Positions 40,923-51,287 are shown, counted from the first letter of the stretch. The stretch: 64,000 nucleotides of DNA from Candidatus Bathyarchaeia archaeon (GCA_050014495.1 JBEKDF010000014.1:30218-94217); one strand, 5' to 3'. The notes: a model not told the origin generated them from the sequence alone. Program-made: numbers and translations.

Positions 40923-42938
40923 TTACCGGAACTCGACAAGCCCCATCTTCTCGAGGAACCTGAAGTATCCCATAAGGTAAGCGAGATCACATCTCCCGAA
41001 TTCCAGCTCCACGAGACGAGAAACCTCTAGAAGGTTCCTCTGACCATCACTCCAGTAGGCAGCTAGGGTCTCAATTCCCGAGGCTTCCTTATGGATCTTG
41101 CCAAACTTGTAGAAGGCATCCCGATCCTCGGGTGACATTTTCCACGCCCACTGTCTCGTCGAAATAGGGCCCCTATATCTCCTCACAAGAACCATCGTTG
41201 AAGCCTCCTTCTCCAGCTTCGTTGATCTCTTTTTTCTCAGTTTCAGAGCCCATCTCTTCGACTCAGCAAGTTGCTTGATCGTCGCCTCAGCGCGGCGACT
41301 CTCAGACTTCGCGGATGCATGCAGATTAGAGACTAGTTCAGAGATCGCGGAGTCTAAGCGTTTATCACTAGGGGCGAGGCGCTTGACGGACCTCACGGCT
41401 GCAGCGGAGCGATCTACCCAATAGCCGATGTGGTTCCTTAACCTCATAAGGGAGTCTGAGGCCTCATCAGCTCCCCCGTTCGAAGCCGCCGTCACTACTT
41501 CCTGTATCCTTCCTAATATTGCACGCTTCTCATGCGAGGCTGTCTCCGACGCTATCCAAAGCGCCTCTTCGGGGCCTGCATCCGCTATGGAGTAGGCGTA
41601 AGTTGCGGTGATTAAGGCGACCTTTCTTAGCATCTCCGGATCGACCTTATCGATTGTGTCTGCACTTGTGTGGTAGAACTTATCGGGCCATTGTATCATC
41701 ATTGGGCACGCGACGCCTACCGTGGGGTCTGAATAGACATAGTGGTCACTCCCCCCGCTGAACGGCGTCACGGCGTGCTTGAACAATGCGTAAGTCGATG
41801 AGCCCCCGAGGTTCTTCGCCTCCGCCTTAACGGAGTCGTAGATCGACTCCAGGAGTGAGTTGACGTAGCTAGGGCAAGACTCGGGCGTCCTCTCCGCGAT
41901 TAGTGGTCCACCACACAGGTTCTGATTCTCACCCACCATATCTAGGTTGAGCGCAGCGACAATCTCAGGTATCTTCGCCTCATTCTCGGCGAGGTATGGA
42001 TAGGTCCCAGATATTTCTGGGACTAGGGTGAAGACTATGCTTCTCTTCGGCTTCCCCAGCTTACCCGATGATATTAGTTTTTGAATGGCTCTAGCGGCTT
42101 CCATCGAAGCGCCACTCCCCGACGCGTTATCGTTGGCGCTCGGTTGTGGGTGGCAAATATGAGCGACTACAATCACCATCTCCTTGGTCTTTCCTGGGAT
42201 AGTGGCGACGCAATTCTCCATCTCCCCCGCGTAGAGTTTAGAGTCGACCCATGCGTGCACCTTGACGGGTATCTTGCTCCTCTCTATGAGCCTCCTCAGC
42301 CATCTTCCAGTCCTCGGCGACAGGACGAAGCCCCAACACGGTGCCTCATCCCGGTACCACCAGAAGCTTGTGTACTTCATCGCATCATCGAGCTCACCCT
42401 CCTTGAGGTTCGGTTCACGGATCCACATCCCATCATACAGGATGCCTAATGCTCCATATCGCTCAATGGCGAGTTCCCTAACCCTCGAGACGTCGCCGTC
42501 CGTGAGCACGACCTTGTTCCTGACATCGAGGCCCTTGTAGTCGACTTCCTCTTCGCCATTCCTGAGGATGATGACCTCTGCTTCGACTCCTCCCTTAGGC
42601 GTCGGTAGGCTCCTCTGTATGATGCTCATCTTATTCTCGCTGAATCTAGCGAGGAAACGAGATTCTCCCTCGGGTTCGATGAGCCTAAGCTCTGCGTCTT
42701 CGCAGCTCCACTCCTTGAACATTGGGCTGCTCCAAGCCAGTGCCTTACCATCCGATTTATACTTCCTAACATCTACAGTGAGGCCGTACTCCATAAGCGT
42801 CGTAGCGGCGTAGCCCACGGCCTCTCTGATGCCTGGGCTAACCTGGATCCTGTGGTGTCTCGATATCTCTGCGACGTGGTTGAATGCTATCTCACCGGAG
42901 ACCTCTCGTCCGAGTTCCCCGTAAACTCGTTTGAACAT
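40923..42938 (-). CDS. M28-family peptidase / DUF4910 domain protein
   Basis: AHICHP..ANDNASG, PEISG, LDMVG, GGSDH and YHTSADT motifs. Confidence 0.82.
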   Translation of the reverse strand: MFKRVYGELGREVSGEIAFNHVAEISRHHRIQVSPGIREAVGYAATTLMEYGLTVDVRKYKSDGKALAWSSPMFKEWSCEDAELRLIEPEGESRFLARFSENKMSIIQRSLPTPKGGVEAEVIILRNGEEEVDYKGLDVRNKVVLTDGDVSRVRELAIERYGALGILYDGMWIREPNLKEGELDDAMKYTSFWWYRDEAPCWGFVLSPRTGRWLRRLIERSKIPVKVHAWVDSKLYAGEMENCVATIPGKTKEMVIVVAHICHPQPSANDNASGSGASMEAARAIQKLISSGKLGKPKRSIVFTLVPEISGTYPYLAENEAKIPEIVAALNLDMVGENQNLCGGPLIAERTPESCPSYVNSLLESIYDSVKAEAKNLGGSSTYALFKHAVTPFSGGSDHYVYSDPTVGVACPMMIQWPDKFYHTSADTIDKVDPEMLRKVALITATYAYSIADAGPEEALWIASETASHEKRAILGRIQEVVTAASNGGADEASDSLMRLRNHIGYWVDRSAAAVRSVKRLAPSDKRLDSAISELVSNLHASAKSESRRAEATIKQLAESKRWALKLRKKRSTKLEKEASTMVLVRRYRGPISTRQWAWKMSPEDRDAFYKFGKIHKEASGIETLAAYWSDGQRNLLEVSRLVELEFGRCDLAYLMGYFRFLEKMGLVEFR

Positions 42939-43065
42939 GATGAGAGATCCGTGGCTTCATACATAGGGTTTGTGAGGAGTTCAATCTTGGAAACAGGGTT
43001 ATCAAAAAGCGCCGATTTACTCAGAATTGTTAAGTAGAACTCGGTAGTGAGCAATATGATTAACC

Positions 43066-44127
43066 GTGGATTCTCCTGGCTTTATGCGCTTCTCGTTCAT
43101 GAGCGGGGGGAAGGGACCCGGCCAGAAGATCGGGAAGAGGGTTGCAGTGATCGGCTCCGGGCCCTCAGGCTTGGCCTCAGCGGGCTACCTCGCAAGCAAA
43201 GGCTATGACGTAACCGTCTATGAGAGGCTCCCCCTCCCCGGAGGCATAATGGTCTTTGGGATACCTGAGGCCCGAATTCCAAGTGAAAGGATACTCGGTG
43301 GCTGCAAGGAATTAGAAGAGGTTTATGGCGTTTCATTCAGAACCTCATGCAAGGTCTCGGCTAATGGTGACCAACTCCTCGGAGACGGCCTCGCTAAGGA
43401 GACTGTTGAGCTTCATAGTGTAATAGACGAAAATGACGCCACGATCATCGCTACAGGAACATGGAATTCTAGGGGATTACCTGCTGAGAACGCCACATAT
43501 AAGGGGATCTACTCAGCTCTAGAGTACTTATTCAGATGCAAAGCTAACGAGCTCGGTCTAATTCCGAAGAAGGAGCGGATCAAACTCGGGAAGAATGTTG
43601 CGGTCATAGGTTCAGGGCTCGTTGCGGTAGATGCTGCAATGGAGGCAGCTGATGAGGGACACATGGTGAGACTCATATCCATCGAGCACCAGTTCGACTC
43701 ACCATCTGGCAGTTACGAGATAGGGAGACTCAAGAAGAGGGGCGTCGAACACGTCGAGAGGACGGTAATAAAGAGGGTGCTCGGAGAGGGTAGGGTTGAG
43801 TCTGTCGAGACTATAAAGGTCAACGCTGAGGTGAAGGCGGGGGTCGTACTCAAGCTTGAGCAAATCCCTGGCACCGAGCAGATCATCGACAAGGTTGACA
43901 ACATAATCGTAGGCATCGGGCAGATACCCACACCACCATTCAACAAGGATTACAAAGAAATCAAGACCTTGAGGTGGGGGGGAATCGAGGTCAGCGACAG
44001 GTATCTCTCATCGAAGGAGAAGGTGTTCGCGACGGGGGACATAACTACGGGCATCACCAAGGTTGGAAGAGCATACCAGACTGGGCTCAAGACAGCGCAC
44101 TGGGTAGACAGGTACCTACAGAGGTGA
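43066..44127 (+). CDS. GltD-like FAD/NAD(P)H oxidoreductase lacking the N-terminal Fe-S domain
   Basis: VIGSGPSGL, GGIMVFGIP, IATGTW, VIGSGLVAVDAA and FATGD motifs. Confidence 0.85.
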   Translation: MDSPGFMRFSFMSGGKGPGQKIGKRVAVIGSGPSGLASAGYLASKGYDVTVYERLPLPGGIMVFGIPEARIPSERILGGCKELEEVYGVSFRTSCKVSANGDQLLGDGLAKETVELHSVIDENDATIIATGTWNSRGLPAENATYKGIYSALEYLFRCKANELGLIPKKERIKLGKNVAVIGSGLVAVDAAMEAADEGHMVRLISIEHQFDSPSGSYEIGRLKKRGVEHVERTVIKRVLGEGRVESVETIKVNAEVKAGVVLKLEQIPGTEQIIDKVDNIIVGIGQIPTPPFNKDYKEIKTLRWGGIEVSDRYLSSKEKVFATGDITTGITKVGRAYQTGLKTAHWVDRYLQR

Positions 44128-44133
44128 ATACTG

Positions 44134-44631
44134 ATGACGAAAATTAAGGTCGTGGACATGGAGAGGTGCATAGGGTGTGAATTGTGCGAGAGGGTCTGCG
44201 AATTCATTAACACGAAACCGAGGGCAAAGATACGACCCACATTCGACGGTGTCTTGGTGCCAATTACCTGTCTCCACTGCACCAACCCCGTGTGCGTCGA
44301 TGTATGCCCAAGCGGAGCCATTTACAGGAATGAGGAAGGAGTCGTTAGCCTCCGACAAAATCGATGCATCGGTTGCAAACTCTGCGTCCTCGCTTGCCCA
44401 ATGGGAATCCCAGACCCCGATCCCATCAGGGGTTTTGTGACAAAGTGTGATCTCTGTACTGAGAGGTCGAAGGATGGCCTGTTGCCCGCCTGTGTGGAAC
44501 TTTGCCCAACCGGGGCCATAGAGTATGGTGAATACGAGGAGGTCATGAAGAGGTCGAAGAGCAGGTCGCTGAAGATGCTTAGGGATAAGAGGCTTCTACT
44601 CAAGAAAACGGAGGCTAGTAACCCGGTATGA
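44134..44631 (+). CDS. hycB: 4x[4Fe-4S] electron-transfer subunit (HycB/HydN/CooF family)
   Basis: CIGCELCERVC, CLHC..PVCVDVCP, CIGCKLCVLACP and KCDLC...ACVELCP motifs. Confidence 0.8.
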   Translation: MTKIKVVDMERCIGCELCERVCEFINTKPRAKIRPTFDGVLVPITCLHCTNPVCVDVCPSGAIYRNEEGVVSLRQNRCIGCKLCVLACPMGIPDPDPIRGFVTKCDLCTERSKDGLLPACVELCPTGAIEYGEYEEVMKRSKSRSLKMLRDKRLLLKKTEASNPV

Positions 44632-46061
44632 TTTATCAGGCAATTCTGCTTCTGGCTCCCCCTCTCCTTTACTTATTCAATAGGAGAATAGCTAGAATTT
44701 TACTGGCCTTAGTCCTTGTACTTTTTCTGATAATGGGCGGGATAGGTTATGCTCCCCTTGGGTTCGACCAGGTCGTTATACTCGTCACTTCCCTCGCACT
44801 GTTAGTAGATCAAGAGATCAATCCCCAGATGCTCTCCCTAGTGTCACTCGTTTCTATCCTCGGCCTACCTGGATACCTTCCCCTCTTCTCCATGATAATA
44901 CTCATCTTCCTAGCATTATCCGCTAAAGGGACTCAGGGTAAAATCGGGCTCTACGCGCTAATCGTTATGCCTCTGACGATTCTGCTTCAAGTCCTAGGCT
45001 ATCAATTCGCGGATCTTCCAATATTACTCGTGCTACTGGGGGTTCCACCCTTCCACGGATGGCTATCGGAGATGTACTCAAAATACAGATCCATTGGGAT
45101 CCTAGTGTCAATGGCTTCGTTAATGTACCTCTTTTCAAACAGAGCGTCCTACCTCGATCTGTTACCTCTTATTCTCATTCTGGGCGTCATTATGATTCTC
45201 AGCGGGATCTTCCAGGGGATGGTGTCGAAGAGCCTAGCAAACCTCTCATCAGCGATCCACCAAGTGACATTCGGGCTTCTCATAGTCGCTTCTCAAGTAA
45301 ACACTGCACTGTTCATCTACGCCCTGATCCCATCAACGCTATCTCTCATCGTGATAAATAGTCTGCACTATGATCTTCTCAGAATAACAGGAAAATCGGG
45401 AATCTTCGACTTCGGGGGGTTATCAGCCACATTAAGATCTGAAGCAACGTCGATTCTCCTCTCCTATCTAACCATCATCAGCATCATGAGCCTAGGGGCA
45501 GAGGTCTTCATGAGGAGCGGCATCTCAGGGGATCTGGAGTTCGTTCTACTCGGCTGCGCGACGATCTTCACAGTAGCAGCTACCCTCGCTATGTTCTTCC
45601 GAGGGTACACCCTGATCTATGAAGGCCTCCCAATGAGGGAAGCAGTAACGTCAGGCAAAGAAAAATACCATATTCTAGCCTTCTCATTCCTCGGTATATT
45701 CTCTGCACTGATCCCGGTTTTCCCGCTCGGAGTTTATTCTTTCATCACCTCTCAACCGATTTTCCAATTTGATGCGATTAATGTTCTGCTGTTAATTATT
45801 ATCATGGCAGCTATGCTCTCGATTATTTTTACATCGCGCTTTAAACCTGTGAAGAGGAAGTCATGGTTCACCGGTTACGCGGGAATAGCAGATCTGGGTG
45901 GATCACGTGGAGAGGTATTTACGTCATGGGCTGAGATTTTCAAGCCAGTTTATACCATTAGGGTGCCTGATGATCGTATATCGGCGATTCTTGAGAGGCT
46001 CAACCCGGTTCTAATACTGCTAGTGCTCTTAGCAGTGACTGTTATCGGAGTGATGATTTGA
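44628..46061 (+). CDS. Hydrogenase membrane subunit, divergent HycC/NuoL-like
   Basis: Highly hydrophobic; PPFHGWL and FGGL motifs; position between hycB-like and hycD-like genes. Confidence 0.7.
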   Translation: MIYQAILLLAPPLLYLFNRRIARILLALVLVLFLIMGGIGYAPLGFDQVVILVTSLALLVDQEINPQMLSLVSLVSILGLPGYLPLFSMIILIFLALSAKGTQGKIGLYALIVMPLTILLQVLGYQFADLPILLVLLGVPPFHGWLSEMYSKYRSIGILVSMASLMYLFSNRASYLDLLPLILILGVIMILSGIFQGMVSKSLANLSSAIHQVTFGLLIVASQVNTALFIYALIPSTLSLIVINSLHYDLLRITGKSGIFDFGGLSATLRSEATSILLSYLTIISIMSLGAEVFMRSGISGDLEFVLLGCATIFTVAATLAMFFRGYTLIYEGLPMREAVTSGKEKYHILAFSFLGIFSALIPVFPLGVYSFITSQPIFQFDAINVLLLIIIMAAMLSIIFTSRFKPVKRKSWFTGYAGIADLGGSRGEVFTSWAEIFKPVYTIRVPDDRISAILERLNPVLILLVLLAVTVIGVMI

Positions 46062-46975
46062 ACATATTATCTCTAGTTGTCAACTTGGTGCTGGCTATAC
46101 TGATCGCGCCCCTACTCGATGGTCTGCGGAGAAAGATAACGGCGAGGCTTCAGAACAGAGTCGGCCCACCAATTACACAATCATGGCATGACGTGATTAA
46201 GTTGTTCTCGAAGGAATCCATATTACCTGAGGCGGGTGGTTTCCTTTTCGTGGTAGTGCCCATACTGACACTTGTTCTGTCACTCTCGATGTTCGCTACC
46301 ATGTCGACGGTGACAGCTCAAGCGCCTATAGAGGAGGGTGGAATCATCTTCATTGAACTGGTAGTCCTCTCGGCCTTCACCTTCGCAATAGCTGGAAGCG
46401 CGAGCGGGAACCCGTATGGTGTAGTTGGTGGCTCTAGGGAGGTGATCCTCGCAACCATTGTTGAGCCCTCAATGATCGCTTCACTCGTCTCATTGGTTCT
46501 ACTAAGAGGATCAGCAACTTTGGATTATTCGACAACTGGGTACATTGCTCTTCTGCCATTGCTCATGAGTGGATTGGCTTACTTCCTTTGTCTACTAGCC
46601 GAGAGTGGAAGGACACCGTTCGATGTAGCGGAAGCCGAATCAGAGCTCTCGGGTGGACCACTCATTGAGTTCAGCGGCCCATCCTTAGCGACTCTGAAGC
46701 TTGGTAATTATCTGAGAAACCTGGCCCTGTGTTCGATCCCAGCCTTCTACATCTCGGCGTTGATAGCACCCAAACTGGATGGTGTCGGCTACTCAGTTGC
46801 AGTCGTTATACCATATCTAGTGAGTCTCATCCTCTGCACACTCGTGTTATCCCTCGCCGAGTCTCTGAACGCCAGGTTTAGGCTACTAGAGGCATCCAGA
46901 TTCTACGGCTTCGTCCTACTCCTGTCAGCGGCCTCGCTGGCCCTCGCGTACTTAGCTCCAGCATTGGGGTGGTAA
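46058..46975 (+). CDS. hycD: Hydrogenase membrane subunit HycD/NuoH-like
   Basis: RKITARLQNRVGPP and RTPFDVAEAESEL..G...EFSG motifs. Confidence 0.88.
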   Translation: MNILSLVVNLVLAILIAPLLDGLRRKITARLQNRVGPPITQSWHDVIKLFSKESILPEAGGFLFVVVPILTLVLSLSMFATMSTVTAQAPIEEGGIIFIELVVLSAFTFAIAGSASGNPYGVVGGSREVILATIVEPSMIASLVSLVLLRGSATLDYSTTGYIALLPLLMSGLAYFLCLLAESGRTPFDVAEAESELSGGPLIEFSGPSLATLKLGNYLRNLALCSIPAFYISALIAPKLDGVGYSVAVVIPYLVSLILCTLVLSLAESLNARFRLLEASRFYGFVLLLSAASLALAYLAPALGW

Positions 46976-48639
46976 AAACGGAAAAAAACATGGTCGAGGA
47001 AATTCGGAAGCAATTCCCAAAGATGCTCATAACGACTAGCTCTATTCGTGGCAATACTTGGCTCATCGAACTCTCAAAGGAAAACCTCCCAGCAGTGCTT
47101 GAGTACGCCCACAATGTTCAAGGTGGTAACCTTCTCACAATGGTGGCCACAGATCGAGTTGACATCGAGGATGACTACCTCATCGACTACGTACTTGGTT
47201 GGTACGAGTTGGGGCAGATTCTAGTATTCAGGGCGAAGACGAGGAGGGGGGAGGAGACGTTCAACTCCATAACACCCTTTGTCCCCTGTGCGGATTGGTA
47301 CGAGAGGGAGGCAAAGGAGTCCCTCGGACTCATACCGGTCGGTCACCCAAACCCAAGGAAGCTACTTATGGCTGACGACTGGCCGGATGATCTCTTCCCT
47401 ATGAGGAAGGGTTTCAAAGTCGACACACAGGTCCCGAAGAAAGAGACGAGTAGCTTCCCCTTCGAGTCACCCGAGAACTCCTCGATGTTCAACATCATTC
47501 CCTACGGTCCATACCACTTCGCCATTCACGAGCCCATATACTTCAGATTCCACGCCGACGGTGAGAGGATTGTGGGGGTTGACCTCAGAGCTGGATTCAA
47601 TTACAGGGGCCTCGAGAAGATAGCGGAGTCGAGACTCACTTACGAGAACATACCATTCATCGCGGAGAGGGTCTGTGGAATCTGCGGCTCCGTCCACGCA
47701 GAGGCCTACTCCCAAGCCCTCGAGGGCGCAGCGGGTTTCGAACCACCTGAAAGGGCGAAGTGGATCCGGGTCGCCATGCTGGAGATGGAGAGAATCCACA
47801 GCCAACTCCTATGGCTGGGTGTAGCATCCCACATGGTCGGCTTCGACACGGGACTCATGCAGTTCTGGAGAGTGAGGGATAAGATAATGGGCCTCGCCGA
47901 ACTTCTCACCGGAAATAGGAAGCAGTATGGTATGATCGTCCCAGGTGGAGTGAGGAGGGACATAAGGGAGGACAAAAGGAGAACAGCCCTCCAAGTGATA
48001 TCGGAGGTGCAGATGGAATACGAGGAGCTCCTAGGTGCAGTCCTCGGCCTCGACACTCTGAAGAAGAGGCTGATAGGAGTCGGATACCTGTCGAATGAGG
48101 AGGCGAAAAAGTACTCTGTCACAGGACCCGTGGCAAGGGCTTCGGGGGTCTCGATAGATGTTCGCCGGGACTTTCCATACGAGGCTTATGGCAGCCTCGA
48201 GTTCAAGACCCCCGTTGAGTCTGGGGGAGATGTCCTCGCTAGGACTCTAGTTAGGGCCAATGATGTCCTTGAGTCTATTAAGATCATGAGACAGGTCCTT
48301 GAGACCCTACCAGGGGGCCCCGTGCATGAGCCCATCGATTATATCCCACCCGATGTGACCTCGGTTGGACTTGTTGAGGGACCGAGGGGGACAGACGCTC
48401 ATTACCTGATAACTGGGAGAGATAACACGGTGTACAGGTGGCGAGTTAGGGCGCCAACTTATGCGAATCTACCTGCGGCCAAGTTGATGCTCGAAGGAGA
48501 GACGCTTGCCGACGCCTCGATCATCATAGGCAGCATCGACCCCTGCATATCATGCGCTGAGAGGGTAGTAGTCGTCGATTTGAGGAGCGGTATAGAGAAG
48601 ATTGTTTTAGGTGAGAATCTTGGGAGGCGGCTGAGTTGA
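46969..48639 (+). CDS. hycE: Group 4 [NiFe] hydrogenase large subunit (fused NuoC-NuoD, HycE-like)
   Basis: ERVCGICG L1 and DPCISCAER L2 nickel motifs; N-terminal NuoC domain (WYERE..GHP); C-terminal extension after L2. Confidence 0.92.
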   Translation: MVKTEKNMVEEIRKQFPKMLITTSSIRGNTWLIELSKENLPAVLEYAHNVQGGNLLTMVATDRVDIEDDYLIDYVLGWYELGQILVFRAKTRRGEETFNSITPFVPCADWYEREAKESLGLIPVGHPNPRKLLMADDWPDDLFPMRKGFKVDTQVPKKETSSFPFESPENSSMFNIIPYGPYHFAIHEPIYFRFHADGERIVGVDLRAGFNYRGLEKIAESRLTYENIPFIAERVCGICGSVHAEAYSQALEGAAGFEPPERAKWIRVAMLEMERIHSQLLWLGVASHMVGFDTGLMQFWRVRDKIMGLAELLTGNRKQYGMIVPGGVRRDIREDKRRTALQVISEVQMEYEELLGAVLGLDTLKKRLIGVGYLSNEEAKKYSVTGPVARASGVSIDVRRDFPYEAYGSLEFKTPVESGGDVLARTLVRANDVLESIKIMRQVLETLPGGPVHEPIDYIPPDVTSVGLVEGPRGTDAHYLITGRDNTVYRWRVRAPTYANLPAAKLMLEGETLADASIIIGSIDPCISCAERVVVVDLRSGIEKIVLGENLGRRLS

Positions 48640-49175
48640 GTGAGATGATCAAGCTTCTGATGCTCGGGATAAAGAATGGGAGAGTAACCTACAGATATCC
48701 CACCGAGAAGAAACCCATACCTGAGGGACTCAGGGGGAGACCGGAGATTGGATTCGAAGAGTGCATCGGCTGTGGCGCATGTGCTCGTCAGTGCCCTCCC
48801 AACGCCCTGATGGTCGAAGAGCTGGACGATAAATGGAAGCTGAGGCTCCTCTACGGCAGATGCATAATGTGTGGGCTCTGCGAAGAGGTCTGCCCCGTCG
48901 ATGCCATTCGCTTCTCGCAGGACTATGAGCTTGCCTCACTTGACAGGGGAGCCCTAGAGGTCGAGCTTGAGCTCCGAAGGGTGAAGTGTGAGGAGTGTGG
49001 AGCCTATTTCACAACCGAGAGGGCCCTCGAATACACTCTCTCTGAGTATGATGAGTTGACATATGATATTGATGTGAGTCTCAGGAAGATGATTCACCTG
49101 TGTCCCGAGTGCAAAAAGTCGAGCTGGAGCGACGCGTCAGCTGATGCATACAGGAGGATTAAGGATGAGCAGTAA
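48636..49175 (+). CDS. hycF: Hydrogenase Fe-S subunit HycF/NuoI-like
   Basis: CIGCGACARQCP, CIMCGLCEEVCP and additional CEEC/CPEC motifs. Confidence 0.88.
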   Translation: MSEMIKLLMLGIKNGRVTYRYPTEKKPIPEGLRGRPEIGFEECIGCGACARQCPPNALMVEELDDKWKLRLLYGRCIMCGLCEEVCPVDAIRFSQDYELASLDRGALEVELELRRVKCEECGAYFTTERALEYTLSEYDELTYDIDVSLRKMIHLCPECKKSSWSDASADAYRRIKDEQ

Positions 49176-49671
49176 GCTTGGCTTAGACAGTGGGGGTAAG
49201 CTGGAGAGGATCCGGAAACTCGGAAGAAGCCCATGGGTCTTCCACGTCAACACAGGTGGCTGTAATGGATGTGACATTGAGATCATCGACACGCTCACAC
49301 CTTACTTCGACGCTGAGAGGTTCGGAGTGAAGAGGGTCTCAAGCCCCAAGCATGCAGACATCCTACTGGTAACCGGTCCGGTGACGAGGCAGTCAGCCGC
49401 CACGCTTCAGAACGCCATTGAGGCAGCCCCAGACCCCAAGCTTATAGTCGCTATAGGCAGCTGCGCCTGTGAGGGTGGGATCTTTCACGACAGCTTCACG
49501 GTCGTTGGAGGGCTAGATAAGATCACGCCTGTTGACGTTTACATCCCTGGTTGCCCCCCAAAACCCGAGGCACTCTTACACGGTCTCCTTCTAGGGCTGG
49601 GTAAGGCGGAGCAGAAGGTTTCGAGGAGTGAGTATAAGGAGGGTCCCCATGAAGCTGTCGATAATGCGTAA
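49165..49671 (+). CDS. hycG: Hydrogenase small subunit HycG/NuoB-like
   Basis: GGCNGCDIE, GSCACEGG and IPGCPP motifs. Confidence 0.92.
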   Translation: MSSKLGLDSGGKLERIRKLGRSPWVFHVNTGGCNGCDIEIIDTLTPYFDAERFGVKRVSSPKHADILLVTGPVTRQSAATLQNAIEAAPDPKLIVAIGSCACEGGIFHDSFTVVGGLDKITPVDVYIPGCPPKPEALLHGLLLGLGKAEQKVSRSEYKEGPHEAVDNA

Positions 49672-49879
49672 GAAAGCCCTCTATCGAGACCTTAGGAGCG
49701 AACTAGGGTACTACGACGCGCGGCGTATAATCAGGTCCATCGAGGAAGACTCCAAGATCATTACCTTAAATGAGCTTGAGACGGCGCTAACGGAGAAGGG
49801 ACTTGACCCGAGACAAGTTAGTCTCACGGTAGAGATCGCTAAGAAGAGTTGGGTCCCATTCGACTTAGCTGAGGTTTAG
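49649..49879 (+). CDS. Small hydrogenase-operon terminal protein (HycH-position, function unknown)
   Basis: ORF overlaps the hycG-like end and is the last gene of the operon. Confidence 0.6.
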   Translation: MKLSIMRKKALYRDLRSELGYYDARRIIRSIEEDSKIITLNELETALTEKGLDPRQVSLTVEIAKKSWVPFDLAEV

Positions 49880-49944
49880 GGACTAGGCGGTTTCCCCTGT
49901 CACCTAAATATTTATATCAACTCTGTATGCCTTTTTGTTGGCGC

Positions 49945-50021
49945 GCCGCTGTAGCTCAGCCTGGGAGAGCGCTCGGCTGAAGACCGAGGGGTTGTGTGTT
50001 CAAATCACACCAGCGGCACCA
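49945..50021 (+). tRNA. tRNA-Phe(GAA), CCA encoded
   Basis: GCCGCTG...CTCGG-CTGAAGA-CCGAG...GTGTG-TTCAAAT-CACAC CAGCGGC ACCA; TTTATA box about 30 bp upstream. Confidence 0.95.
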
Positions 50022-50150
50022 ATCAGTTTCTTAAGCGGAAACAGCAGTAAATTCGATCATTTTAGTCTTTATACTCATTTTGACGTTTTATAACGGGCGT
50101 GAGTAGATATCCGCTGAGTTGTGGGGAAAAAGAAACGCGTACACGAGAAC

Positions 50151-50711
50151 TTAGAACTTGTCTTTGGCGAAGCCGTAAGAGTTCTTCTTCTCCCCGATAC
50201 CCCAGTATTCACCGGCGTTGAAGACGAAGGGGGCTGCCTTCTCGAAGTTGATGTTACCTTTGGGGTCCAGCACGCTTTCATCAACATGTGTCTCCACCAC
50301 TTCCCCAACGAACAGTCGGTGAGACCCCAAGTCAAGCTTCTCCCTGACCACGCACTCGAGATTCACGGGGCACTCCTTTATGAGTGGCGTCCGAACCTTC
50401 TTCGCGGGCTCTCTCGTCAGCCCCGTCTTACTGAACTTATCCACGTCTCTGCCAGACACGTTTCCACAGTAGTCCGACTTCTCCAGTAGCTGCTCGCCTG
50501 GAATGTTCACGACGAACTCCCCCGACTCCTCGATGATCCCCGTTGAGAGTCTCGACTTGTTGATGCCTATCCCTATCTTCGGTGGCTCGGAGCATAGTAT
50601 CCCCATCCATGCGATGGTGATGATATTGTCCTTCCCCTTCGCGTTCTTGCATGTTACAAGGGCGACTGGGCAGGGGTATAGGAGGGTGCTGGGTCCTTTA
50701 CTAACCTTCAT
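50151..50711 (-). CDS. Flavin reductase-like (flavoredoxin) protein
   Basis: LYPCPVALV, CGNVSGR.VDKF, ECPVNLEC and GSHRLFVGEV motifs. Confidence 0.9.
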   Translation of the reverse strand: MKVSKGPSTLLYPCPVALVTCKNAKGKDNIITIAWMGILCSEPPKIGIGINKSRLSTGIIEESGEFVVNIPGEQLLEKSDYCGNVSGRDVDKFSKTGLTREPAKKVRTPLIKECPVNLECVVREKLDLGSHRLFVGEVVETHVDESVLDPKGNINFEKAAPFVFNAGEYWGIGEKKNSYGFAKDKF

Positions 50712-50843
50712 ATTTAGGTCAATTATAGCCGATTCCCTGTTTGCAATATAACTTTTATCATCACTTTAACAGTGTGCATAGAAATGTGTGCGCGGGCATT
50801 GCCGAGATGTAATCTAAAAGTGTATTCTTGTTCTTGAACTGAG

Positions 50844-51146
50844 TTACACCCTCTCTAATTTGAAAACAACGGGTCTTAGGCCATCGGTGCAACATGAGAT
50901 CATCGATCCTTTCTTCTTTATCCAGGGGAAGTCTCCTCCCATGGCTAGATGGACTACGTCCCTTTGAATATCTGCCCAAGCCCAGCTGCAGAAACCCTCG
51001 GGCATAGCCATTCCCTTTGAGAGGTATTCCTTTCCCTCAAGCATTACATTGCATGTTGGCTGCATCTCCACATCAGCATATTCCTTGAATATCTCGTTCG
51101 TGGGGAGCTTCTTCGCGACAGTGATGCGGACATCTGAGAACTTCAT
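50844..51146 (-). CDS. TIGR04076-family cysteine-rich protein
   Basis: PEGFCSWAW and SCCTDGLRPVVFKLER motifs. Confidence 0.85.
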   Translation of the reverse strand: MKFSDVRITVAKKLPTNEIFKEYADVEMQPTCNVMLEGKEYLSKGMAMPEGFCSWAWADIQRDVVHLAMGGDFPWIKKKGSMISCCTDGLRPVVFKLERV

Positions 51147-51251
51147 TTTTAGTCGAGTAAACCGTAGTAGGATCGACATATCAAGATGTTGTATTCACTA
51201 ATTCCAGCGCGCTTTCAATCGTTGGCTCAATATTTCAATTAAAAAAAGATC

Positions 51252-51287
51252 TTACCTAGGTAATATCGAGTATATCAAGGTAGTAAT
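51252..51287 (+). promoter_or_regulatory. Repeated operator, copy 1 (TTACCTAGGTAATATC)
   Basis: 12-bp palindrome with a conserved flank; similar to sites at 54792, 57343 and 57745. Confidence 0.65.

Noticed and set aside
46969..48639. Alternative call as complex I NuoCD
   Set aside because: Both Ni-ligating CxxC motifs are present, so it is a [NiFe] hydrogenase subunit.
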